DNA of 64,000 nucleotides from an uncultured Flavobacteriaceae bacterium (lineage in GTDB: Bacteria; Bacteroidota; Bacteroidia; Flavobacteriales; Flavobacteriaceae), in the NCBI GenBank assembly GCA_943788165.1, contig CALSPF010000002.1, positions 384,909 through 448,908 of the forward strand. The letters run 5' to 3'. Under the pieces are notes generated by a model. That model was not told the origin of the DNA, did no database searches, and was given only the letters and a program-made list of their open reading frames with translations. A program made the translations under genes and the position numbers. Below are positions 18,884 to 26,520 of this stretch, piece after piece (position 1 is the stretch's first letter; each line of letters opens with the position of its first letter).

Positions 18884-18919
18884 GTGCATTCTGTTTACAA
18901 GCAGGGCGCACCTTTTTTT
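18884..18919 (+). terminator. Intrinsic terminator after the TonB-dependent receptor
   Basis: Stem GTGCATTCTG / CAGGGCGCAC (one mismatch, two G:U pairs), followed by CTTTTTTT. Confidence 0.55.
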
Positions 18920-19377
18920 AGTTTGAAATCACCAGACTGTTTCCGCGAATATCTACGCGGTACATAATCAAAGAATAAATGTCTGTAGCGCCTTCTGGCG
19001 GATTGAGCAATTGCCCTGTGGCTAAATTGTATCGATAGCCTTCGCAGGCGCATTCTGCAAGATATCCCTCCAATTGAGTTTGGGAACAACTCGAAGGCAA
19101 ATGATTGGGACAGCTGGCCTCCCAAGCCAAATAGCTAGAGCCGTTGAGGTTAAACAAATGAATTCCTTTGTGTCCAGCATTGGGCAATGAAATGGTTCCG
19201 CCCGGCAAACCGAAGGTTGTCATATTGGGGGAGGTTGAGGTTGATCGGTAGGGAAAACCTTAAATCGGGGAAGTAGGGATTTCGTTCCAAATCATTTTTC
19301 CCACAGGACAGTGCAAGAAATAACCCGATTAGAATCAAGTGTTTCTTTCTGAACGATAATGAGGCAATCCTTTTCAT
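18918..19377 (-). pseudogene. Rieske-like-domain lipoprotein, frameshifted
   Basis: ORF 19150..19377 carries the lipoprotein signal (LIGLFLALSCGK). ORF 18918..19223, in another frame, carries the degenerate Rieske motifs SCPNH and CACEGYRY. The two overlap at 19150-19223, and the shift is most likely near 19203-19215. Confidence 0.55.
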
Positions 19378-19446
19378 TTTTATATCTTTGTAATTAACCC
19401 TTCCGTAAAATTGAAGGGTTTTTTATTCTATTTAAACGAAAAGATC

Positions 19447-19923
19447 ATGAGTAAAGTATCTTATTATACCGAAGAAGGGTTAAAAAAACTGAGAGACGAG
19501 CTCAACCAATTAAAAGATGTTGAACGCCCCAATGCCTCAAATGCAATAGCGGAAGCCCGCGATAAAGGGGATTTGAGTGAAAATGCCGAATATGACGCCG
19601 CCAAAGAAGCCCAAGGTTTATTGGAATTGCGGATTTCAAAAATGGAAGAAACACTTTCCAACGCTCGTTTGATTGACGAAACCGCCTTGGACGACTCCAA
19701 GGTATTGGTCCTCTCAACAGTTGAGGTAAAAAACAAAGCCAATGGCATGCTAATGACCTACACACTTGTTGCGCAAAGCGAAGCCGATTTGGCCTCGGGC
19801 AAAATATCTGTTGACTCTCCCATTGGCAAAGGAATGTTGGGGAAAGAAGTAGGTGATATTGCCGAAATACAAGTTCCCAATGGCACCATTGAATTGGAAA
19901 TCATCTCTATCAGTCGTTCCTAA
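19447..19923 (+). CDS. greA: Transcription elongation factor GreA
   Basis: MSKVSYYTEEGLKKLRDELNQLK coiled-coil N-terminus and C-terminal SPIGKGMLGKEVGD. Confidence 0.93.
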   Translation: MSKVSYYTEEGLKKLRDELNQLKDVERPNASNAIAEARDKGDLSENAEYDAAKEAQGLLELRISKMEETLSNARLIDETALDDSKVLVLSTVEVKNKANGMLMTYTLVAQSEADLASGKISVDSPIGKGMLGKEVGDIAEIQVPNGTIELEIISISRS

Positions 19924-20333
19924 TGGGCAGCATATTCAGTAAAATTGTTGCTGGTGAAATTCCGTGTTACCGTGTAGCAGAAGACGACAAACACTTGGCT
20001 TTTTTGGACGTAAATCCAAATGCCGAAGGACATACACTTTGTATTCCCAAAAATGAAGTCGATCGTTTGTTTGATTTATCCGAAGAAGACTATGCAGCCC
20101 TCTTGCTTTTCTCCCGCAAAGTTGCCCTTGCGCTCAAAAAAACAGTTCCCTGTAAACGTGTTGGGATGACTGTTATTGGGCTAGAAGTTCCCCACGCACA
20201 TGTACATTTGATTCCTTTAAACACCATGGAGGACGCTACCTTTGGTAAAAAGGTACAAATCGATCCGCAGGCCCTGCAAGCTTTGGCCGAAAAGATTGCG
20301 GCGAATACACAAGAATTAAGAATGAGAAATTAA
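19923..20333 (+). CDS. HIT-family (histidine triad) protein
   Basis: HAHVHLIP triad. The last ~7 codons lie in the AT-rich repeat module. Confidence 0.9.
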   Translation: MGSIFSKIVAGEIPCYRVAEDDKHLAFLDVNPNAEGHTLCIPKNEVDRLFDLSEEDYAALLLFSRKVALALKKTVPCKRVGMTVIGLEVPHAHVHLIPLNTMEDATFGKKVQIDPQALQALAEKIAANTQELRMRN

Positions 20334-20545
20334 TTAAGAATTAGGAATTAGGAATGTGAAAAAGAGTCTCCTGCTTTGCTAATAATGCTTTTATGGTTGC
20401 CTCCTTACTGTTGCCTTTCCACTACGACTCACGAAGTAGTTCCCAATTCCTTTGCTCGTGTCCTAATTCTTAATTTCTAATTTTCTAATTGCCTCACTGC
20501 GTTCAGCCAGTCGCTTCGTTCGTGTCCTAATTCTCAATTCCTAGT
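20311..20545. repeat. Composite intergenic repeat element (locus A)
   Basis: 14-bp inverted repeat AATTAAGAATTAGG (20332-45) / CCTAATTCTTAATT (20462-75). Direct repeats TCGTGTCCTAATTCTYAATT at 20455-75 and 20519-39. 55-nt unit at 20487-20541 shared with 21796-21850. Confidence 0.8.
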
Positions 20546-21710
20546 TTCCTCTTTCTTTCTGTAAAACAATTTCAAAAGCGGTTCCTTTTCCCAGTTTACT
20601 CTCTTTGACTGCAATAGAGCCCTTGTGGTATTCGTGTATGATGCGATGAGCGAGCGATAGGCCCAATCCCCATCCCCGTGCTTTGGTCGTAAAGCCAGGT
20701 TGGAATATTTTTTTGATATTGTTAGGGGCTATTCCACTTCCTTCATCGATGACCAATAAGCGTACTTCGCGCTCCAATTCAAGCAGTCGAAGTTGTAGTC
20801 GTCCAATTCCTTTCATAGAATCCAAGCCATTCTTGACTAAGTTCTCTAGCGTCCAACTAAAAAGGGAGGCGTTGAGGGGAAGGAGAATTTCTTTTTTGGG
20901 GAGTTCAACTTCCCATTGAATTTGTTTCCCTGTGCGTTGCTGTAGGTAGGCAATGGTTTCTTGTGCAATGTGCACCACATCTGCAAGCTGCAATTCTGGG
21001 AGGGAACCCACTTTGGAAAACCGTTCTGTAATCACTTCTAAACGTTCAATGTCTTTCTGCATTTCTTCGATCGAAGCAGGGGCAATATTTTGTTCTTTCA
21101 GCAAGTCAATCCACCCCATAAGGGAACTCAGGGGTGTGCCAATTTGGTGAGCGGTTTCTTTAGCCATTCCAGCCCATAAACGGTTTTGTTCTGACGCCTT
21201 GTTGGTCTGAAAGAAAAAGTAGAGAAGGCCTCCAAAAAGAAAAATAATCAGGAGCAAGGCCAGTGGGTAGTACTGTAGTTTCACCAGCAAGAGGGAATCG
21301 CCGTAATATAATGTTTGATTGATAATGTCTTTATAAACAATAGGGATGGGAGCGTTTTCTTTTTTTAGTTTGGCCAATGTAGCATAGAGCCCAAGGGAAT
21401 CGGGGTCTTCTTGAGGCTTCCAGTCAATATTTCTAAAATCGATGATTTTCCCCTGTTCATTGACTTGGATCATGGGCGTAACACCAATTTTTTGCAAGAC
21501 ATCAAAGGTCAGCGTTCCGTAGTCTCGGCTGAGGTCATTGCTTTCGATCAATTCTTTTTGCGCCGTAGCCCAGAGTTCCATTTTGGTCCGTTCCTCGTTT
21601 TTGACCACTTGAAAAAGAATATTCGTGTTCCACAGAATTAGACTTACAATGGCAAAAGCACCAAAAAGCCCCCAGTTTTTTCGTAAAGATTGAAAGGATC
21701 GAAACACCAC
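20541..21710 (-). CDS. Sensor histidine kinase (no adjacent response regulator)
   Basis: Two TM segments, H-box ETAHQIGTPLSSL, N/G boxes LVKNGLDS, DEGSGI, GWGLGLS. Confidence 0.88.
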   Translation of the reverse strand: MVFRSFQSLRKNWGLFGAFAIVSLILWNTNILFQVVKNEERTKMELWATAQKELIESNDLSRDYGTLTFDVLQKIGVTPMIQVNEQGKIIDFRNIDWKPQEDPDSLGLYATLAKLKKENAPIPIVYKDIINQTLYYGDSLLLVKLQYYPLALLLIIFLFGGLLYFFFQTNKASEQNRLWAGMAKETAHQIGTPLSSLMGWIDLLKEQNIAPASIEEMQKDIERLEVITERFSKVGSLPELQLADVVHIAQETIAYLQQRTGKQIQWEVELPKKEILLPLNASLFSWTLENLVKNGLDSMKGIGRLQLRLLELEREVRLLVIDEGSGIAPNNIKKIFQPGFTTKARGWGLGLSLAHRIIHEYHKGSIAVKESKLGKGTAFEIVLQKERGN

Positions 21711-21795
21711 GTTTTACTTAACGCCTCAAGGTACCGAATATTATTGACAAAGTTAAAAAGCCCATTGCCAAACGGATGCTCGTCTTTTCACTATA

Positions 21796-21850
21796 AATTG
21801 CCTCACTGCGTTCAGCCAGTCGCTTCGCTCGTCTCCTAATTTTTAATTCC
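21796..21850 (+). repeat. Intergenic repeat unit (locus B)
   Basis: By my manual alignment, 51 of 55 nt identical to 20487-20541. Contains the invariant core ATTGCCTCACTGCGTTCAGCCAGTCGCTTCG. Confidence 0.85.
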
Positions 21851-21899
21851 CAACCCCCAATTCTTCTCTTTTTCTTTCGTATTTCCCTCATGGATTGTG

Positions 21900-21907
21900 T
21901 ATTTTTG
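21900..21907 (+). promoter_or_regulatory. -7 box (TAttTTTG) upstream of the DUF3127 gene
   Basis: Exact TAnnTTTG match 18 nt upstream of ATG 21926. Confidence 0.4.
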
Positions 21908-21925
21908 TGCTTTAAATTAAAAGTC

Positions 21926-22306
21926 ATGGAAGTAGCAGGAAAAATTAAATGGTTGGACGAAACCAAAACCTACGGATCAAACGGATTTCGCAAACGCGAG
22001 GTTGTTATCACAACAGAGGAGCAATATCCTCAACACATCTTAGTAGAATTTGTACAAGACAAATGTGATTTACTCAACAGTTTTCAATTGGGTCAGAGCG
22101 TAAAAATTGGCATCAATTTACGTGGTCGTGAGTGGGTAAACCCACAAGGGCAAACCAAGTACTTTAACTCTGTACAAGGATGGCGCATTGAAGCCGGTGC
22201 TGCAGCAAACGCAGGTCCGTCAGACATGCCACCCATGCCTCCAGCTTCGGCATTTGAAGCTGCTCCAGACACCAACAACGAAGTAGAAGACGATCTTCCA
22301 TTTTAA
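21926..22306 (+). CDS. DUF3127 domain protein
   Basis: MEVAGKIKWLDETKTYGSNGFRKREVVITTEEQYPQHILVEF... matches my memory of the DUF3127 (OB-like) family. Start moved to ATG 21926. Confidence 0.7.
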   Translation: MEVAGKIKWLDETKTYGSNGFRKREVVITTEEQYPQHILVEFVQDKCDLLNSFQLGQSVKIGINLRGREWVNPQGQTKYFNSVQGWRIEAGAAANAGPSDMPPMPPASAFEAAPDTNNEVEDDLPF

Positions 22307-22390
22307 GCCAAGCCTAGGAGACGATAATAAAAAGGCAATTGCTGATTTCTAAATGAATCATTCTTAAATAGATAATTCTTTAAAGAGTTA

Positions 22391-22421
22391 TTGTCATTCA
22401 AAAATTATTGTATTACATTTG
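22391..22421 (+). promoter_or_regulatory. Promoter of rplM-rpsI
   Basis: (A)TTG at 22391-93 and TAcaTTTG at 22414-21 with a 20-nt spacer. Confidence 0.45.
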
Positions 22422-22464
22422 CAGCCCCTTAATGGGAGAAAAATACTAGATAAAACAATTTATT

Positions 22465-22920
22465 GTGGATACATTAAGTTATAAAACCATTTCGGCCAAT
22501 GCCAACACTGTTGATAAACAATGGTTAGTTGTAGACGTTGCCGGTATGCCTTTAGGAAGAATGGCCTCTGAAGTTGCGAAACTTATTCGAGGAAAGCACA
22601 AACCCAATTACACCCCACACGTTGACTGTGGAGACAATGTAATCGTAATCAACGCGGAGCAGATCCAGTTGAGTGGGGAGAAGTGGAAACAAAAAATCTA
22701 TTTGCGTCACACAGGCTATCCTGGTGGACAACGTGCCTTGAGTGCTGAGCAGTTATATGCAAAAAGCCCATCACGTTTGGTAGAAAACGCCGTACGTGGA
22801 ATGTTGCCTAAAAACAAACTAGGCGCAATTCTCTACAAAAACTTAAAAGTATTCAATGGATTGGAGCACACCCACGATGGTTTAAACCCGACTACCATTC
22901 AACTTAATAAATTCAACTAA
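22465..22920 (+). CDS. rplM: 50S ribosomal protein L13
   Basis: Canonical L13 sequence (KQWLVVDVAGMPLGRMASEVAKLIRGKHKP). GTG start. Confidence 0.95.
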   Translation: MDTLSYKTISANANTVDKQWLVVDVAGMPLGRMASEVAKLIRGKHKPNYTPHVDCGDNVIVINAEQIQLSGEKWKQKIYLRHTGYPGGQRALSAEQLYAKSPSRLVENAVRGMLPKNKLGAILYKNLKVFNGLEHTHDGLNPTTIQLNKFN

Positions 22921-23306
22921 TGGACGTAATTCACACCATCGGTCGTCGTAAGACATCTGTAGCACGAATCTTCTTGTCGGAAGGAAAAGGAGAAATTACC
23001 GTAAACAAAAAAGGGTACGAAACATACTTTCCAACCCCTACATTACAATATAAAATCCAGCAGCCTTTTGCTTTAACAGAAACACAAGGAAATTACAACC
23101 TTAAAGTTACTGTTGTTGGTGGAGGAATCAACGGACAAGCAGAAGCAGTTCGTTTGGCTATTTCACGTGCCCTTTGTCAAATTGATGCAGAGCACCGTTT
23201 GGTGTTAAAACCAGAAGGTTTACTAACACGTGATCCACGCATGGTAGAACGGAAAAAATTCGGACAGAAGAAAGCCCGTAAGAAATTCCAATTCTCGAAA
23301 CGTTAA
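22920..23306 (+). CDS. rpsI: 30S ribosomal protein S9
   Basis: GRRKTSVARIFL... and C-terminal KKARKKFQFSKR. TAATG overlap with rplM. Confidence 0.96.
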   Translation: MDVIHTIGRRKTSVARIFLSEGKGEITVNKKGYETYFPTPTLQYKIQQPFALTETQGNYNLKVTVVGGGINGQAEAVRLAISRALCQIDAEHRLVLKPEGLLTRDPRMVERKKFGQKKARKKFQFSKR

Positions 23307-23460
23307 TATTTTTGCTTCTTTTCGCAAAAAGAAGATGTTCATATATATTTCAACCCGTTGCCCACTCAGTTCGCTGAGATTAGTTTAGCATCTAAATTGT
23401 CAAGGCCCGTTTTTTCGGCCACTTGATGATTGCTAACTACGGAACGTAAACTAACCAAAA

Positions 23461-24312
23461 ATGGCAAACACAGACGTAAAAGACCTGCTCAACGCAGGCG
23501 TACACTTCGGTCACCTGACCCGCAAATGGAATCCAAACATGGCGCCCTATATCTATATGGAGCGTAATGGAATCCACATCATAAACTTGTACAAAACTGC
23601 AGCTAAAGTAGACGAAGCGGCAGAAGCAATGAAGAAAATCGCTGCTTCTGGACGTAAAATCCTATTCGTTGCCACCAAGAAACAAGCCAAAGACATCGTT
23701 TCTTCGAAAGCTGCTGAGGCAAAAATGCCGTATATCACTGAGCGTTGGCCTGGTGGAATGTTGACCAACTTTGTCACCATTCGTAAAGCGGTAAAGAAAA
23801 TGGCTTCCATCGATCGCATGAAGAAAGACGGAACCTTTGAAACACTATCTAAGAAAGAAAAATTACAAGTAAGCCGTTTACGTGCTAAGCTGGAAAAAAA
23901 CTTAGGTTCAATTACTGAAATGACCCGTTTACCTGGGGCACTTTTTGTGGTTGACATCAAGCGTGAGCACATCGCCATCAAAGAAGCGCAAAAATTGAAA
24001 ATTCCAATCTTTGCTATGGTTGACACCAACTCTGATCCACGCGATGTAGACTTCGTTATTCCATCCAATGACGATGCCTCAAAATCAATTGACAAAATTT
24101 TAAGCATTGTTACCGAAGCAGTAAGCGAAGGTTTAACAACACGTCAGTCGGAAAAAGATGCTGAAAACAAAGGACAAGATGCTCCAGCAACGGAAGCTCC
24201 TGCTAAAGAAGCACCAGCGATAGAAGCTGCCGCTCCAGTAGCCGAGGCACCAGCTGCACCAGCAGTAGAAGCTACTCCAGCAAAAGAAGGAGAAGCTCCA
24301 GCCGAAGCATAA
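23461..24312 (+). CDS. rpsB: 30S ribosomal protein S2 with an Ala/Pro/Glu-rich C-terminal tail
   Basis: LLNAGVHFGHLTRKWNPNMAPYIY... canonical S2. The tail from ~aa 232 is low complexity (APATEAPAKEAPAIEAAAPVAEAPAAPAVEA). Confidence 0.96.
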   Translation: MANTDVKDLLNAGVHFGHLTRKWNPNMAPYIYMERNGIHIINLYKTAAKVDEAAEAMKKIAASGRKILFVATKKQAKDIVSSKAAEAKMPYITERWPGGMLTNFVTIRKAVKKMASIDRMKKDGTFETLSKKEKLQVSRLRAKLEKNLGSITEMTRLPGALFVVDIKREHIAIKEAQKLKIPIFAMVDTNSDPRDVDFVIPSNDDASKSIDKILSIVTEAVSEGLTTRQSEKDAENKGQDAPATEAPAKEAPAIEAAAPVAEAPAAPAVEATPAKEGEAPAEA

Positions 24313-24343
24313 ACCCACAAAGAAAATTAAACAACCTTAAGCA

Positions 24344-24384
24344 AAGCTAGGGAATAGCTTTCAATCGAAGCTATTTCCTAGCTT
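24344..24384 (+). terminator. Long intercistronic hairpin between rpsB and tsf (attenuator or processing-site candidate)
   Basis: 17-bp stem AAGCTAGGGAATAGCTT / AAGCTATTTCCTAGCTT (one G:U pair), loop TCAATCG, followed by TCTACTTT. Confidence 0.45.
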
Positions 24385-24406
24385 TCTACTTTAGAATCAA
24401 TATATT

Positions 24407-25228
24407 ATGAAAATTACTGCATCAGAAGTAAATAAATTACGTCAGGCCACAGGAGCTGGAATGATGGACTGTAAAAAAGCCTTAGTTGAAGCAGAAGGAG
24501 ACTTCGACAAAGCGGTTGAAAATCTACGTAAGAAAGGGCAAAAAGTGGCCGCCAATCGTGCCGATCGCAATTCAGGTGAAGGCGCTGTTTTAGCTAAAGT
24601 AAACGCAGACAACACTGCAGGTGTTGTAGTATCGGTCAATTGTGAGACCGACTTTGTTGGAAAGAACGACACATATTTAGCACTGGCCAATCAAATCTTG
24701 GACATTGCACTAGACAAAACTAGTTTAGAAGATCTACTAGCGGCCGACTTCGGTGGGATGACCATTGCAGATAAACTTACAGAACAAACAGGTGTAATTG
24801 GAGAAAAAATTGAAATCGGTGGTTTCAAACGTGTAGAAGGTCCTTTTGTAGGGCACTACATCCACGCTGGAAACCGAATCGCTACCTTGGTAGGTCTTTC
24901 TGCCGCATTAGACGGAGCTGCAGAAGCAGCCAAGAATGTTGCCATGCAAGCTGCTGCAATGAATCCAATTGCTTTGAACGAAGACGGCGTAGATGCTTCC
25001 GTCATCGAAAAGGAAATTGAAATTGCGAAAGATCAATTACGTCAAGAAGGCAAGCCAGAAGCAATGTTAGACAATATTGCCAAAGGAAAAATCAAGCGTT
25101 TCTTTAAAGACAACACCTTGGTCAACCAAGATTTCATTAAAGACAGCAAGCAGTCGGTAAGTCAATACATCAAATCTGTTGACGCTTCTTTAGAAGTTAC
25201 CGCTTTTGCGCGTTTAGCACTCGACTAA
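24407..25228 (+). CDS. tsf: Translation elongation factor Ts
   Basis: ITASEVNKLRQATGAGMMDCKKAL UBA-like N-terminus, full-length EF-Ts. Confidence 0.96.
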   Translation: MKITASEVNKLRQATGAGMMDCKKALVEAEGDFDKAVENLRKKGQKVAANRADRNSGEGAVLAKVNADNTAGVVVSVNCETDFVGKNDTYLALANQILDIALDKTSLEDLLAADFGGMTIADKLTEQTGVIGEKIEIGGFKRVEGPFVGHYIHAGNRIATLVGLSAALDGAAEAAKNVAMQAAAMNPIALNEDGVDASVIEKEIEIAKDQLRQEGKPEAMLDNIAKGKIKRFFKDNTLVNQDFIKDSKQSVSQYIKSVDASLEVTAFARLALD

Positions 25229-25265
25229 ACAACACCATAATTTGGACGCTTTGTCCATTTGAAAT

Positions 25266-25296
25266 AAGCCTGTGCATTTTATACGGGCTTTTTTTA
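25266..25296 (+). terminator. Intrinsic terminator after tsf
   Basis: 8-bp stem AAGCCTGT / ACGGGCTT (one G:U pair), followed by a T-run through 25296. Confidence 0.7.
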
Positions 25297-25300
25297 TGCG

Positions 25301-25413
25301 CAACAATTACTCATTCTTAATTATACCCCACCTATTTCCTGCTTCGCGATGCTCGCAGTCACAGTCATCAGTCGTTAGCTCTTGCCCGCATTCCTCATTC
25401 AACAATTATTCAT
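25301..25413. repeat. Intergenic repeat element (locus E)
   Basis: Flanked by direct repeats CAACAATTAYTCAT (25301-14, 25400-13). Contains ATTCTTAATT (25313-22) and CTTCGCGATGCTCGCAGTCAC, which is related to 29657-29670. Confidence 0.55.
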
Positions 25414-25607
25414 ATTACCTACTTATTACAAATTCCCATCATTTTATATAGTTAGATATACAAACTCAAATTTTTTATTGCAGTTTTGTCCTTTAATTCA
25501 CTCAATAACTCTATTTCTTTCAAGTAAGTGTACGATTAGCTTGTTGTAAAAAATTGATAGTTAGTGGTTTATATTAAAATGAATTTTAATAAGTATACTA
25601 TAATATG

Positions 25608-25615
25608 TATCTTTG
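25608..25615 (+). promoter_or_regulatory. -7 box (TAtcTTTG) upstream of the surface-protein remnant
   Basis: Exact TAnnTTTG match 14 nt upstream of ATG 25630. Confidence 0.35.
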
Positions 25616-25629
25616 TCAAGTTTAAAATC

Positions 25630-26337
25630 ATGCGATTGATTCGTTTAATGAACATACTGATTTTGTTTGGGCTATGCTCAACTAGCCTAATTCATGCGCA
25701 AATTGGGGTACATGGAGATGTCTTTATTGTTTCCAATGGAGCCGTGGGAACCTTTGCACCAGAACTGCATTTTTTTTAAGGACATATTCAAACAACCGAT
25801 CAAAATGTGGGTCACATTAATTTTGCGCCAAATGCACATGCCTTTGATGCACACAATGGTTCACACGCTGTTGCCCCAGTCGTTAGCAAGTCGCACACAA
25901 GCTTTGTTTTTCCCGTGGGAGATCAAGGCGTTTACCAGCCCATGATGATAACAGAAGGGAGTGCAGATGAGCTCACCGTGAAGTTTAACCTAAGAGCATT
26001 TTCAAACACCCAACCCAACCGAGCCATAGAACAAATTTCAAACCGTTTTTACTGGGCTGTTGACGGGGACAAAGAAGCCCTGCTCAGTTTGACCTGGAAT
26101 AGTTTTAGTGAATTGACGTTTTTAACCGACGAACTAGCGGCTTTGGTCATGGTGGGCTATAACGGAACCGACTGGGAAGTTATTCCGGCCATAGTCGATC
26201 CCTTTAACTTAGACGGCAATAGTCCTACTTCATTGCGCGAGGGATCCATTCGTTCCATTGATCCAGTTCGTTTCAGTCGTTTTGAAGCCCTTAGTTTGGA
26301 CAGTGTTGTCTTGGACACATCGCTTAAGGTATCCGAG
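25630..26337 (+). pseudogene. N-terminal remnant of a large cell-surface protein (in-frame stop, 3'-truncated)
   Basis: Signal peptide MRLIRLMNILILFGLCSTSLIHAQ. In-frame TAA at 25777-25779 directly after a T8 run. The same frame continues (…FVFPVGDQGVYQPM…YWAVDG…LSLTWN…) to ~26337, where homology switches to a different gene family. Confidence 0.55.
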
Positions 26338-26520
26338 AGTAAAAAAGATTTTCAACACAAGCTATCCATCGCATATAAAGAGGCAAGAGAAACACATTAC
26401 TGGCTCCAATTATTGAAGGATGCTGATTTCTTGGACAAAGAGATTGCCACAAATTTTCTTGTAGAATGCGACGAACTATTACGTATTCTGGGGAGTATTC
26501 TTAAAACAATTAAGAATTAG
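26338..26520 (+). pseudogene. 5'-truncated four-helix-bundle protein gene (23S rRNA-IVS protein / Avd-like family), C-terminal ~60 codons only
   Basis: SKKDFQHKLSIAYKEARETHYWLQLLKDADFLDKEIATNFLVECDELLRILGSILKTIKN matches the C-terminal half of this ~120-aa family. It is fused in frame to the preceding remnant. Confidence 0.65.

Noticed and set aside
21718-21966. 82-aa minus-strand ORF (…RRRAKRLAERSEAIYSEK…)
   Set aside because: It reads straight through the intergenic repeat core and overlaps the DUF3127 promoter and start. The analogous ORFs 29523..29741 and 29579..29776 read through locus D. All are repeat-derived, not genes.
23553-24107. 184-aa ORF antisense to rpsB
   Set aside because: It lies entirely within the strongly supported S2 gene on the other strand. 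Its composition is low-complexity and there is no start context, so it is a shadow ORF.
25770-25780. T8 run causing a frameshift in the surface-protein remnant
   Set aside because: The homology continues in the same frame after the TAA, so this is an in-frame nonsense codon. The alternative frame (ORF 25694..25945) gives a nonsensical sequence.
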